Notes under the pieces: generated by a model
The model's input: the letters and a program-made list of their open reading frames with translations, nothing else
Database searches by the model: none
Told to the model about the DNA's origin: nothing
Assembly (NCBI GenBank): GCA_045130275.1
Contig: JBGUPL010000029.1
Coordinates: 17,452 to 81,451 of the forward strand
Origin: Bacteroidales bacterium
Lineage (GTDB): Bacteria > Bacteroidota > Bacteroidia > Bacteroidales > WCHB1-69
Reading direction: 5' to 3'
Length of the DNA stretch: 64,000 nt
Shown here: positions 8,681 to 17,544 of the stretch, in pieces
How positions within the stretch are numbered: position 1 is the first letter of the stretch
Layout of the letters: every line of letters starts with the position of its first letter
Position numbers and translations under genes: made by a program

Positions 8681-10017
8681 AATGCCTTATATAGATTGAT
8701 TTTTCCCTGCTGTAACTCCAGCCAGTCGGCAGTCTGCTGCAGCTGGGCATTGAGCCAGGATGACTGGGCGGTTAGCACTTCCAAATAGGTGACGGATGGG
8801 GAATACTGCATCAGTTCGCGAACGTTCTCCACCGCTTTTCGGCTGGCCTCCACCTGCACCTCGCGGACAAGCAGCTTCTGCTGGGCGGTATGGCATTCCG
8901 ACAAAGCATTGGCGACCTCGCTGCCCGCCTGCAACAGTGCCTGCTCGAAGGCGATCTGCGCCTGTTCCTGCTGCGACTTGGCTATTTCAAAACCCGCCTT
9001 GATTTGTCCCATCTGAAACAGAGGCTGTGTAAGTCCGCCAATCAGGTTCAGCAACAGTTTGGCGGGATTGACAATCTCGCCGACATTGTTGGTCCACGAG
9101 CCGCTGGCGGTGAGCTTCAGCGATGGGTAGAACTGCGAGCGCGCCACTTTGGTGTTGCTAAACGAGGCCCGCAGCTGATACTCCGCACTGCGCACATCCG
9201 GACGCATGGCCAATGCCTCCAAGCTGACAGGCGAATCCGCATCCATATTGATATCTTTCACATCCGTATAATTGGAATATTGAACATTCTGAGGTGTGCG
9301 GCTCAACAACAAATTCAGTGCCCGCTCTGTCTTCTCGCGTTGCAGGCGCAGGTCGCTTACCGAAGCGATAGTGGCCTGCAATTCTGTTTCGGCTTGATTG
9401 ACAGCCAATTCGTTCATCATCCCCACCTCTTTCATTGCCGTGATGGTTTCCAGCGTTTCCCGTTGCAGTTTCACGCTCTGTTCCGACAACCGCAGCTGCT
9501 CGTCGAGCATGATGAGCGTGTAGTAAGTGTTGGCTACGGAAGCAATGAGCTGCAGTTGTGTATATTTGAGTTGCTCTTGTGTGTTCATCCACTGGTATTT
9601 CGTTGCTGCTTTCAGAGCCTCCACCTGTCCGCCGAGGTTCAATTCCCAGCTCATCGTGAGCGGCAGTTCGTAGCTGGTGGAAACGGGCGCTCCGTTGGCT
9701 TTGGTAACAGTTCCCGATGGTGACAGCGCAAACGACGGAAGATAAGACAATTTGGCCACTCGCATCTGGATGGCGGCCTGTTCCACATTGAGCTGCATAG
9801 TGCGCACATCGGCATTGTTTGTCAGGGCTTCGGAAATCAGTGCCTGCAAGGATTCGTCCACGAAAATCTCCTGCCAAGAACGCATAGGAACACTGTCAAC
9901 CAATATGATGTCCGGTTCAAGAAGATTTGGCCTGACGGCTTCCTCAACCACCGGTTTCTGCACACCGCAGCCGACCATCAGCAATGTTGTCAATATAAAA
10001 AACCAATTACTCTTCAT
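8671..10017 (-). CDS. RND efflux outer-membrane factor lipoprotein (TolC/NodT family)
   Basis: Lipoprotein signal LLMVGCGV and two long coiled repeat halves. Lies downstream of the RND permease. The ORF track starts at a GTG (10023); the ATG at 10017 is preferred. Confidence 0.85.
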   Translation of the reverse strand: MKSNWFFILTTLLMVGCGVQKPVVEEAVRPNLLEPDIILVDSVPMRSWQEIFVDESLQALISEALTNNADVRTMQLNVEQAAIQMRVAKLSYLPSFALSPSGTVTKANGAPVSTSYELPLTMSWELNLGGQVEALKAATKYQWMNTQEQLKYTQLQLIASVANTYYTLIMLDEQLRLSEQSVKLQRETLETITAMKEVGMMNELAVNQAETELQATIASVSDLRLQREKTERALNLLLSRTPQNVQYSNYTDVKDINMDADSPVSLEALAMRPDVRSAEYQLRASFSNTKVARSQFYPSLKLTASGSWTNNVGEIVNPAKLLLNLIGGLTQPLFQMGQIKAGFEIAKSQQEQAQIAFEQALLQAGSEVANALSECHTAQQKLLVREVQVEASRKAVENVRELMQYSPSVTYLEVLTAQSSWLNAQLQQTADWLELQQGKINLYKALCR

Positions 10018-10057
10018 TCTCACTTTTTACAATTTACAATTTACAATTCACAACTCA

Positions 10058-13000
10058 CTATTTACTAATCCCTTTTACTTTCTCCTGTAATTTCTGAAAC
10101 ACGACAAACAACACCGGCACGGTAAGCAGCAAGCCGAGCGTGCCGAACAGCATTCCACCGACCACGCAGACCCCGATGGTGCGGCTGCCGTTGGCGCCCA
10201 CGCCCGAGGCGAACATCAGAGGCAGCATGCCGATAATCATCGTCATCGAGGTCATCAGGATGGGACGCAGACGCACTTTGGCGCTGCTGAGTGCCGCCTC
10301 GGCGAGCGACATCCCCTCCCTGCGTGCCTTCGAGGCGTACTCGGTGAGCAATATGGCCGTTTTCGACAGCAGACCCACCAGCATCACCATCCCGATCTGC
10401 ATGTAGATGTTGTTCTCCACGCCGAACAGCTTGGCAAACAGCAAACTGCCCGCCAGACCGAAGGGCACCGACAGCATTACCGATAGCGGGATGAAGAGAC
10501 TTTCGTAGAGAGCCACCATCACAAGATAGGCGAACACGATGCATATCAGGAAGATGAAGATCACTCTGCCGGAGGTCTGGCTCTCCTCGCGGGTGATGCC
10601 GCCAAACTCAATGCTATAGCCCACGGGCAGCTCCTTCGCGGCGGTCTCCTGGATGGCCTTGATGGCACGACCTGAACTGCTGCCCTCTGCCACGCTGCCC
10701 GAAACATCAATGCTGGGGAACATGTTGAAACTGTTGATGGACTGCGGCATGTACTCCTTGGTGAGGGTGACGAACTGGTTGATGGGCATCATCTCGCCGC
10801 TTTCGGAACGAACAAAAAGACTCGCCAATGACTCGGGTCGGTTACGGTCGGAGGGCCGGAGCTGCAAATCCACCTGATACACCTTGTTGTATTTGTTGAA
10901 GTTGGAGATGTAGTCGCCGCCCAAGTAAGCCCCCATCTCGTTGAGGACGGTGGAAGGTGCGACCCCCATCTTCTTGCACCGCGCCACATCCAAATCCACG
11001 CGGTACTGCGGATAGTTGACATCGTAGTTCGAGTAGGTCTCGCCGATTTCTGGGCGCTCGCTGAGCTTATCCATAAAACGGGTGGTGATCGCGTGCAACG
11101 TTTTGGCATCCTGCCCGTTGCGGCCCTGCACCGAGAACTCGAAACCGCCGTTGCCGCCATAGCCCTCCACCATGCCCGGTTCCGAGACGAAGCTTTGCGC
11201 CTCCGTTTCCTGGGACAAAATCGCGTCTATTTTCTCCATGATGGCGGAAGAGGAGTGCGCTTTTCCTCGGCGTTCTTTCCATGGTTTCAGCTGAATGAAG
11301 ATGTTGGCACCGGCTCCGACGCCCACCACGCCGCCGACATCCTGCACCTCGGGCAACTCGCGGATCTTGTCGCAATTACGGTTCATCAGATCGAAAGTCT
11401 TGTTGGCCGTATATCCCGACGGCGGCGTAAGGTCCACGAAGAGCGTGCCCATGTCCTCGTTGGGGATAAAGCCCGTGGGCACCACTTTGAAAAGGATGCC
11501 GAACAGCAGCAATGTGACCGCCACACTGCCGATCGTAAGCCATTTGCGGCCAAGCAGCCAGCGGACCATATTGGCGTAATGTTTTAACAGGGCGGAGAAG
11601 GTTACATCGTAGGCATTTTTGATTCGATCGGACACCGCCTTTGTAGGGGCGAATGATGATTCGCCCCTTGAATCAAACGGTTTCAAAATCAATGCGCACA
11701 ATGCTGGTGACAATGTCAGCGCGTTGACCAACGAGATGCCCACCGCGACAGCCATCGTCAGACCGAACTGTTTGAAGAAGATGCCGGTGGTGCCGCCCAC
11801 AAAGGCGACGGGGATGAAGATGACCATAAATACCAGCGTGGTGGTGAACAGCGTGACGGAAAGACCGCTCATGGCTTCCTCCGTGGCATTACGGGCGGAG
11901 GTTGTAGAGACGCGCCATGGCACGTCTCTACTTTGCCTCGTTTTTACCGCCTCCACCACCACGATGGAGTCATCGACCACGGTGCCGATGACCAGCACCA
12001 ACGCAAAGAGCGTCAGCAGGTTGACGGAGAATCCCGCCACCTTCATAAAGGCGAAAGTGCCGATGAGCGAGACAACGATGCCGACGGCGGGAATCAGCGT
12101 GGCGCGGAAATCCTGCAGGAAGAAGAGCACCACGACCAATACCAGCAGAATGGCAATGACGAGCGTCAGAATCACCTCGCGGATGGAGGCGAAAAGGAAG
12201 TCGTTGGTGTTGTCGAAGGTGACGATTTTCACGTCCTTGGGCAGCGATTTCTCGGTTTCGGCCAGCAGTTTGTCGATTTCGAGGTTGATTTTGGTAGCGT
12301 TGGAGCCGGCCATCTGGCTCACCGAGCCCATCACGCCCGGATGCCCGTTGATGCTGTTGATGTAGTCGTAATCCGACTGTCCTAACTCCACATCCGCCAC
12401 ATCCTTCAGCAGCAGCTCCTCGCCGGTGGGCAGCGAGGCAATCACAAGGTTCTCGAACTCCGACACCTCGGTTTTGCGGCCCGTATAGCGCAGCATATAT
12501 TGGAACACATTGTCGGAGTTGCTGCCCAACGAACCGACCGAGGCCTCGATGTTCTGTTCGGCCAAGACGGTGGATATGTCGCTGGGCATCAGCTTGTGAC
12601 GCGTCATCACGTCGGGTTTGAGCCAGATGCGCAGGGCGTATTGCGCACCCCACACCTCCACCTTGCCCACGCCCTTGATGCGCAGCAGGGCGGGACGCAG
12701 ATTGTTGTAGAAATAGTTGCTGAGGAAGTTCTCGTCGTAGGTGCCGTTGGGACTCTCCAGCGCGATGATGCGGAGCTGGCCGGGTTGCCGTTTCTCGGTG
12801 GCCACGCCCGTCTGCAGCACCTCGGCGGGCAGCTGCGCCTGTGCCTGGATGACGCGGTTCTGCACGTTCACGGCGGCCATATCGGCATTGGCGCCCTGCT
12901 CGAAGTAGATGGTGATGCTGGCCGAGCCGTTGCTGGCCGACGAGGTCATGTAGGTCATTCCCTCCACCCCGTTGATGGCCTCCTCCAACGGCATCACCAC

Positions 13001-13183
13001 GCTCTTATGCACCGTTTCGGCACTCGCGCCTGGATAGCTCGCCCACACGTAGATGGCCGGCGGCGCGATGTCGGGATAGCGCTCCACCGGCAGCGACAGC
13101 AACGAAATCACCCCCAACAGCACGATGAACACGCTGATGACGAGGGAGAGCAAGGGTCTGGATATAAAAGTCTTAATATTCAT
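10058..13183 (-). CDS. efflux RND transporter permease subunit (AcrB/HAE1 family)
   Basis: 1041 aa, 12-TM architecture, conserved VIGTVVDDSIVVVE and GMLPLMFASGVGA regions. Contains two in-frame palindromic elements. Confidence 0.95.
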   Translation of the reverse strand: MNIKTFISRPLLSLVISVFIVLLGVISLLSLPVERYPDIAPPAIYVWASYPGASAETVHKSVVMPLEEAINGVEGMTYMTSSASNGSASITIYFEQGANADMAAVNVQNRVIQAQAQLPAEVLQTGVATEKRQPGQLRIIALESPNGTYDENFLSNYFYNNLRPALLRIKGVGKVEVWGAQYALRIWLKPDVMTRHKLMPSDISTVLAEQNIEASVGSLGSNSDNVFQYMLRYTGRKTEVSEFENLVIASLPTGEELLLKDVADVELGQSDYDYINSINGHPGVMGSVSQMAGSNATKINLEIDKLLAETEKSLPKDVKIVTFDNTNDFLFASIREVILTLVIAILLVLVVVLFFLQDFRATLIPAVGIVVSLIGTFAFMKVAGFSVNLLTLFALVLVIGTVVDDSIVVVEAVKTRQSRDVPWRVSTTSARNATEEAMSGLSVTLFTTTLVFMVIFIPVAFVGGTTGIFFKQFGLTMAVAVGISLVNALTLSPALCALILKPFDSRGESSFAPTKAVSDRIKNAYDVTFSALLKHYANMVRWLLGRKWLTIGSVAVTLLLFGILFKVVPTGFIPNEDMGTLFVDLTPPSGYTANKTFDLMNRNCDKIRELPEVQDVGGVVGVGAGANIFIQLKPWKERRGKAHSSSAIMEKIDAILSQETEAQSFVSEPGMVEGYGGNGGFEFSVQGRNGQDAKTLHAITTRFMDKLSERPEIGETYSNYDVNYPQYRVDLDVARCKKMGVAPSTVLNEMGAYLGGDYISNFNKYNKVYQVDLQLRPSDRNRPESLASLFVRSESGEMMPINQFVTLTKEYMPQSINSFNMFPSIDVSGSVAEGSSSGRAIKAIQETAAKELPVGYSIEFGGITREESQTSGRVIFIFLICIVFAYLVMVALYESLFIPLSVMLSVPFGLAGSLLFAKLFGVENNIYMQIGMVMLVGLLSKTAILLTEYASKARREGMSLAEAALSSAKVRLRPILMTSMTMIIGMLPLMFASGVGANGSRTIGVCVVGGMLFGTLGLLLTVPVLFVVFQKLQEKVKGISK
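11645..11668. repeat. 24-nt palindromic element AGGGGCGAAT-GATG-ATTCGCCCCT in-frame within the RND pump gene
   Basis: 10-bp perfect stem. Same family as 34737-34760 and 59097-59119. Encodes RGESSFAPT in the pump. Confidence 0.8.
11904..11931. repeat. 28-nt palindromic element GTAGAGACGCGCCATGGCACGTCTCTAC in-frame within the RND pump gene
   Basis: 14-bp stem with one mismatch. The near-identical copy at 55176-55203 is in the opposite orientation. Encodes SRDVPWRVST. Confidence 0.8.
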
Positions 13184-13205
13184 AGTGAAGTTTAAGGTTT
13201 AAGGT

Positions 13206-14306
13206 TTAGGGTTTAACGATTACCGTTCCTTCCTCCACAAACCCCGCCCCTTTGGCAATAATCACATCCCCTTCTTCAAGACCGCTAATCACCACGTACT
13301 CTTTGCCGTTGTTCTGTGGTTCCACCTGGATGATGGTGGAGACTGCCTTGCCGTCCGCCACTTTCATCACATACACCTTGTCTTGGATGCTGTAGGTGGC
13401 CTCTTGAGGGATGACGATGGCGTTGTGCAGTTCGGTGGGGATAACGATTTTGCCCGTACCGCCACTGAGCAGCATTCCGTCGGGGTTGTCGAAGCGGGCG
13501 CAGACCGAGACGGCTCCCGTGCGCTCGTCCACCACGCCGCTGATGCTCTCCACACGACCGGTATGTTCGTAAAGGGTGCCATTAGGCAACTGCAGCCGCA
13601 GTTCGGGCATCTGCCGTATAGCCGCTTCCATACTTTTGTGTTCGGAAAGGTATTGCATCACCGTTTTTTCCGTCATCGAGAAATAGACCCGCATTTGGCG
13701 GTTGTCGGCCACCACGGTGAGTCCGTCCTGGATGGAAGGTCCCACGAGGTCGCCCTTGCGGTAAAAGATTCGCCCCACCACACCGTTGGAAGGACTGCGG
13801 ATTTCGGTGTAGCTGAGGTCGTTGCGGGCGGAGGTGAGGGCCGCTTTCGCTGCTGCGAGGTTCGCTTTCGCCACGTTGAGGTCGCTTTCGGCCAGCGAGA
13901 GTTCGAAGTCGGAGACGACCGATTTCTGCCGCAAGTTCTTCTTGCCGTTGTATTCCAACTGCGCCTTGTCCAAAGCGGCCGTCATCATCTGCACATTGGC
14001 GTTGGCCGACTCTACTGCCGCCCGGCTGGGTGCATCATCGAGACGGAACAGCAGTTGACCTTCGCGAACACGCTCACCCTCCTTCACATACACGCCCATC
14101 AAGTGGCCTTCCACGCGAGGAATGATCTTGATGGCTTGGGCGCCATGGATAGAAGCAGGATATTCCGCATTCAAGGTGTAATCCTGCGACGTGACCGTGA
14201 GCAGTTCATGGATTTCGGGGGCGTTTTGCTCCTTTTGCGCTTTATTCTGGCACGACCCTATCAAGAGCGACGCAGCTGCCAATATCAACAATCTGCTGAT
14301 TCTCAT
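13206..14306 (-). CDS. efflux RND transporter periplasmic adaptor subunit (membrane fusion protein)
   Basis: Lipoprotein signal MRISRLLILAAASLLIGSC. Lipoyl-like, coiled-coil and beta-barrel regions. Immediately upstream of the pump. The ORF track start at 14324 is also possible. Confidence 0.85.
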   Translation of the reverse strand: MRISRLLILAAASLLIGSCQNKAQKEQNAPEIHELLTVTSQDYTLNAEYPASIHGAQAIKIIPRVEGHLMGVYVKEGERVREGQLLFRLDDAPSRAAVESANANVQMMTAALDKAQLEYNGKKNLRQKSVVSDFELSLAESDLNVAKANLAAAKAALTSARNDLSYTEIRSPSNGVVGRIFYRKGDLVGPSIQDGLTVVADNRQMRVYFSMTEKTVMQYLSEHKSMEAAIRQMPELRLQLPNGTLYEHTGRVESISGVVDERTGAVSVCARFDNPDGMLLSGGTGKIVIPTELHNAIVIPQEATYSIQDKVYVMKVADGKAVSTIIQVEPQNNGKEYVVISGLEEGDVIIAKGAGFVEEGTVIVKP

Positions 14307-14416
14307 ATAATTACAAAACCTCATTTCAATTCTGTTTAATAATGCAAAAATACCGCGCCGAAAGGGAACAAAGGTGTATGAAGGTGAACCAGTATTGTAT
14401 GTTTTCGGAACTTTTG

Positions 14417-14424
14417 TATCTTTG
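14417..14424 (+). promoter_or_regulatory. -7 box TATCTTTG only 4 nt before the ATG of the AraC regulator (possible leaderless mRNA)
   Basis: TAnnTTTG match. The G is at 14424 and the ATG at 14429. Confidence 0.45.
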
Positions 14425-14428
14425 CCGC

Positions 14429-15244
14429 ATGAATGTCACCATCCAACAATATCACCACGGTGCAGAACTCGTGAAGTCCAACCTCAACGGGTTATGGCTT
14501 TGCCGTGTGTTGAAAGGCAGCATGCGGGTGCTTTTCGAACAGAAATCGTACAAATTAGCCGCCGGAACGGTGTTTGCTGTTCAGGAGGGCGCGACGTTCC
14601 GCGTGCAGTCGTCCACCCAAAATATGGTCGTGGAGGTTATGGCCTTTGACGAATCGCTGATGAATGTCGTATATGCTTTGCTCGGGGCGGAGGCCGACAT
14701 CGGGACACTGGAAACGGCCTTTTGGAGCGACACAACGCTGGAGGATCCCTTTGGCCGAATGTTTGCCGCTGATTATGAGCTGCTTCGGATGGCTGTAGGG
14801 CAGCCCGATCTCATCGCCCGCCACAAAATGATCACCGCCAGTCTCGTACACCTGCTGCTTTCCATTTTCAATGCGATGGGAGAGGCCACCACTTCGTCGT
14901 CAGGCGATAACGGCAAACGTTCTCGTCAGCTGTTGAACCATTTTTTCGAGCTGGTCGGCGAAAACACTCCGTCAGGATGCCGCAATATCACCTACTATGC
15001 CGACAAACTCTGCGTGTCAGAGCGTTATCTCTTCAAGGTCTGCAAAAAGGAAACCGGCAAAACACCGAAAGAACTCATCCATCTGTTTTTAATCGGCCAA
15101 ATCAAGAACGCCCTGCTGACCACCGAAATGACCCACCAGCAGATTGCCGACCAGTTCGGCTTTCCTGACCAGTCGGCTTTCGGACAGTTCTTCAAGCGTC
15201 AGGAGGGGATGTCGCCTTCGGAATTCCGGAAGAGGTATAGGTAA
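14429..15244 (+). CDS. AraC family transcriptional regulator, divergent from the RND operon
   Basis: C-terminal HTH (IADQFGFPDQSAFGQFFKRQEGMSPSEFRK). The start is uncertain: the ORF track begins at 14342. Confidence 0.75.
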   Translation: MNVTIQQYHHGAELVKSNLNGLWLCRVLKGSMRVLFEQKSYKLAAGTVFAVQEGATFRVQSSTQNMVVEVMAFDESLMNVVYALLGAEADIGTLETAFWSDTTLEDPFGRMFAADYELLRMAVGQPDLIARHKMITASLVHLLLSIFNAMGEATTSSSGDNGKRSRQLLNHFFELVGENTPSGCRNITYYADKLCVSERYLFKVCKKETGKTPKELIHLFLIGQIKNALLTTEMTHQQIADQFGFPDQSAFGQFFKRQEGMSPSEFRKRYR

Positions 15245-15369
15245 TGCGTGTGTAAATAGTAATCTTACCTGAAACTTTTGCGGAACGTCAGCGGAGAAAC
15301 GCCTTCGTTTTGCGCCATGCAGCGCATCAACTGAGCCGCTTAGTGAAGACCTAACGTTAGTGTATTAAT

Positions 15370-15402
15370 CCCGCATGTAAGTTGTACATGGCGGGATTTT
15401 TT
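15370..15402 (+). terminator. rho-independent terminator after the AraC gene
   Basis: CCCGCATGTA / TACATGGCGGG stem followed by a TTTTTT tract. Confidence 0.6.
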
Positions 15403-15425
15403 GCGACGCTGGGAAGCGTCGGCTC

Positions 15426-17399
15426 CTAGCTCACGACGACTTTCCGCGCCGGAAGGTCGCCGACTTTGACGACATAAACGCCGGGAGCGAGCCCGCGGTC
15501 ACCTACCCGGCGGCCTTCCATGGTGAATATGCTCACTGCGCAATTTTCACAGCCCTCGACAATGATATTGCCGTTCAGACTCTTGATGGTGACATCCTCC
15601 ATGTCAAGTTCGCTGATACCGGTGTCGTCACCGTTGGAACCGCTGACATAGCAGTTCCCTTCAAAATGGGCAGTGCCGTCGTTTATGTTGTTGCCATTTG
15701 CGAGCGATGGGGTGCTGGGGGCCGAAATTAAAGTGGACGAATTGCCGCCACCAGGACCACCACCGCCACCAGGCCCGCCACCGGAAGTGAGCGTAGGCGT
15801 ATAGAACGCCACCGCATCGTCACCGTAAGTCACCGTGTACCAGCTGTTGCCGCTGACGGACGAAGACTGGATATAGGGTTGATTAATACTACTGCCGTTC
15901 TCTATTCCTCTCACCGCGATGACAACGCCTCCGTTGATATAGACCTTCTTTCCCCCTTCTGAATTGGCATCGATGGCCAACTCGGGCGAACGGGAACCGA
16001 TGGCGTAAACCAAGCCGCCATTGATGTAGAAGTTGCCATTGGCATCCATGCCGTCGTTGTTGTTGGAGCGGGAATAGACATAACCATCGGTGATGGTCAG
16101 ATTCTGGGCCGAGTTGACGCCGTCGTCGTATGCGTTGACATAGACTTCGCCACCCGTGATCTCCAATGTGTTCTTGCTCTCGATGCCTTCGCCATTACGG
16201 CCTGTGGTGGTCACTTTTATGTTGCCACCGCTGATGACCATGCCGCCGCTGTAGGTGTAGCTGTTCCCGACCTGCGTCTTCAATCCGGCTTTGATGCCCT
16301 TGGGCGACGAGTAGTAGTCGCTGTTTATGTGGTCGGTGTTGCCAGTATAGTTGGTGTTTTCCGTCGTGCCGTTATTGTAATAGAGGCCGCCGCTGGTGGA
16401 TATGGTGATGTCACCGCCGCTGATCGTCAGCACGTTGTCGCACTTCATGCCCTTGCCGCCCGAGCCGGTGGAGGTCAGGTTGAACGTGCCGCCGTTGATG
16501 TTGATGTTCCCGTCGGCGCTTATTCCGCAGGCCGCTTTGGTTTCCAAATCATCCTCGTCCCAAGTGCCTTTGCCGCTGGTGGTTACTGTGATGACGGGTT
16601 CGTCGGTGATGTATATGTCGCCCGCGCATTTGATGCCCTTGGCGGCAACGGTCGTGCAATTGATGGTGATGGTTCCGCCTTCAATGTAGATGTTACCGCT
16701 GTCCTCATCCTCGTGGTCGGTGGTGATGCCTGTGGAAGTGTCGCCTTCCAGGTCGCACTGGATGCCGTCATCAGCGGTGCCGCTGATGTTGAGGGTGCCG
16801 CTCTCCATCAGGAAATACTGGTTGCATGAGATGCCGTCGCCCACGGCGGAGGTCACATTGATCGTGGCATTCTTCAGACTGATGTACTCGCCGGCCTTGA
16901 TGCCGTGTTTCACGTTGCCCACCACGTTGAGCGTACCCTGTTGCTTGAATTCGGCATGGCCTTTCACGTAGAGGCATCCCTTCTGCGAGCCGCTGGCCGC
17001 ATCAACGAGCGTGTTGGTGGTGCCAGTGATAAGCTTGACGTTGATGCGCTTGCCGTTCTGGATATGCACCGCCGCACCGCTATATACGGGTGTGGTGTTG
17101 GTCAACGTGAGACCGTTGAGTTCGATGGTGGTTTTGTAAGAACCCGACATATAGAACTCACCGTCGGTCGATGTGCCGCTCAGCTTGTAGGTGATTTCGC
17201 TGGCGAGGGAATCGCTCTGAGTGATGGAGACGTGCGCCCCTTGCTGGGTGACGGTCAGGTATTGCGTCACATTGTCGGCGACGGCCACCGTTGCCGTCGT
17301 GCCGTTATAGACCACTTCGACGGTGTTGTCGTTCGGCGTCTGTGCAAAAGCGCAGGTTGTCAAAAGCAACATACAGATCAGGAAAGCTGTGTGTTTCAT
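15426..17399 (-). CDS. secreted parallel beta-helix repeat protein with T9SS C-terminal sorting domain
   Basis: Signal peptide MKHTAFLICMLLLTTCAFAQ. Many G-x-hydrophobic beta-helix rungs (GGTFNLTSTGSGGKGMKCDNVLTISGGDITIST). A GGGPGGGGGPGGG linker. CTD-like tail ...GVYVVKVGDLPARKVVVS. Confidence 0.7.
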   Translation of the reverse strand: MKHTAFLICMLLLTTCAFAQTPNDNTVEVVYNGTTATVAVADNVTQYLTVTQQGAHVSITQSDSLASEITYKLSGTSTDGEFYMSGSYKTTIELNGLTLTNTTPVYSGAAVHIQNGKRINVKLITGTTNTLVDAASGSQKGCLYVKGHAEFKQQGTLNVVGNVKHGIKAGEYISLKNATINVTSAVGDGISCNQYFLMESGTLNISGTADDGIQCDLEGDTSTGITTDHEDEDSGNIYIEGGTITINCTTVAAKGIKCAGDIYITDEPVITVTTSGKGTWDEDDLETKAACGISADGNININGGTFNLTSTGSGGKGMKCDNVLTISGGDITISTSGGLYYNNGTTENTNYTGNTDHINSDYYSSPKGIKAGLKTQVGNSYTYSGGMVISGGNIKVTTTGRNGEGIESKNTLEITGGEVYVNAYDDGVNSAQNLTITDGYVYSRSNNNDGMDANGNFYINGGLVYAIGSRSPELAIDANSEGGKKVYINGGVVIAVRGIENGSSINQPYIQSSSVSGNSWYTVTYGDDAVAFYTPTLTSGGGPGGGGGPGGGNSSTLISAPSTPSLANGNNINDGTAHFEGNCYVSGSNGDDTGISELDMEDVTIKSLNGNIIVEGCENCAVSIFTMEGRRVGDRGLAPGVYVVKVGDLPARKVVVS

Positions 17400-17532
17400 A
17401 AGATTGTCTTTTAGAAAATACGTACTATTAAATTTGCCTGCAAAATTAATTTCGCCACCGTCACGTAAGTTGACATATCGACGCAAAAATTTGGCAAAAA
17501 GACCGATTGTGACGGATTTTTAAAAAAATCCG

Positions 17533-17540
17533 TATTTTTG
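17533..17540 (+). promoter_or_regulatory. -7 box TATTTTTG only 4 nt before the ATG of the AraC regulator (possible leaderless mRNA)
   Basis: TAnnTTTG match. The G is at 17540 and the ATG at 17545. Confidence 0.45.
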
Positions 17541-17544
17541 CATC

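Noticed and set aside
15740-15790. Gly-Pro tract (GGGPGGGGGPGGG) in the T9SS protein as a slipped-strand phase-variation site.
   Set aside because: The DNA is a mixed CCGCCACCAGGACCACCACC-type sequence, not a homopolymer or perfect short tandem repeat. It is more likely a flexible linker.
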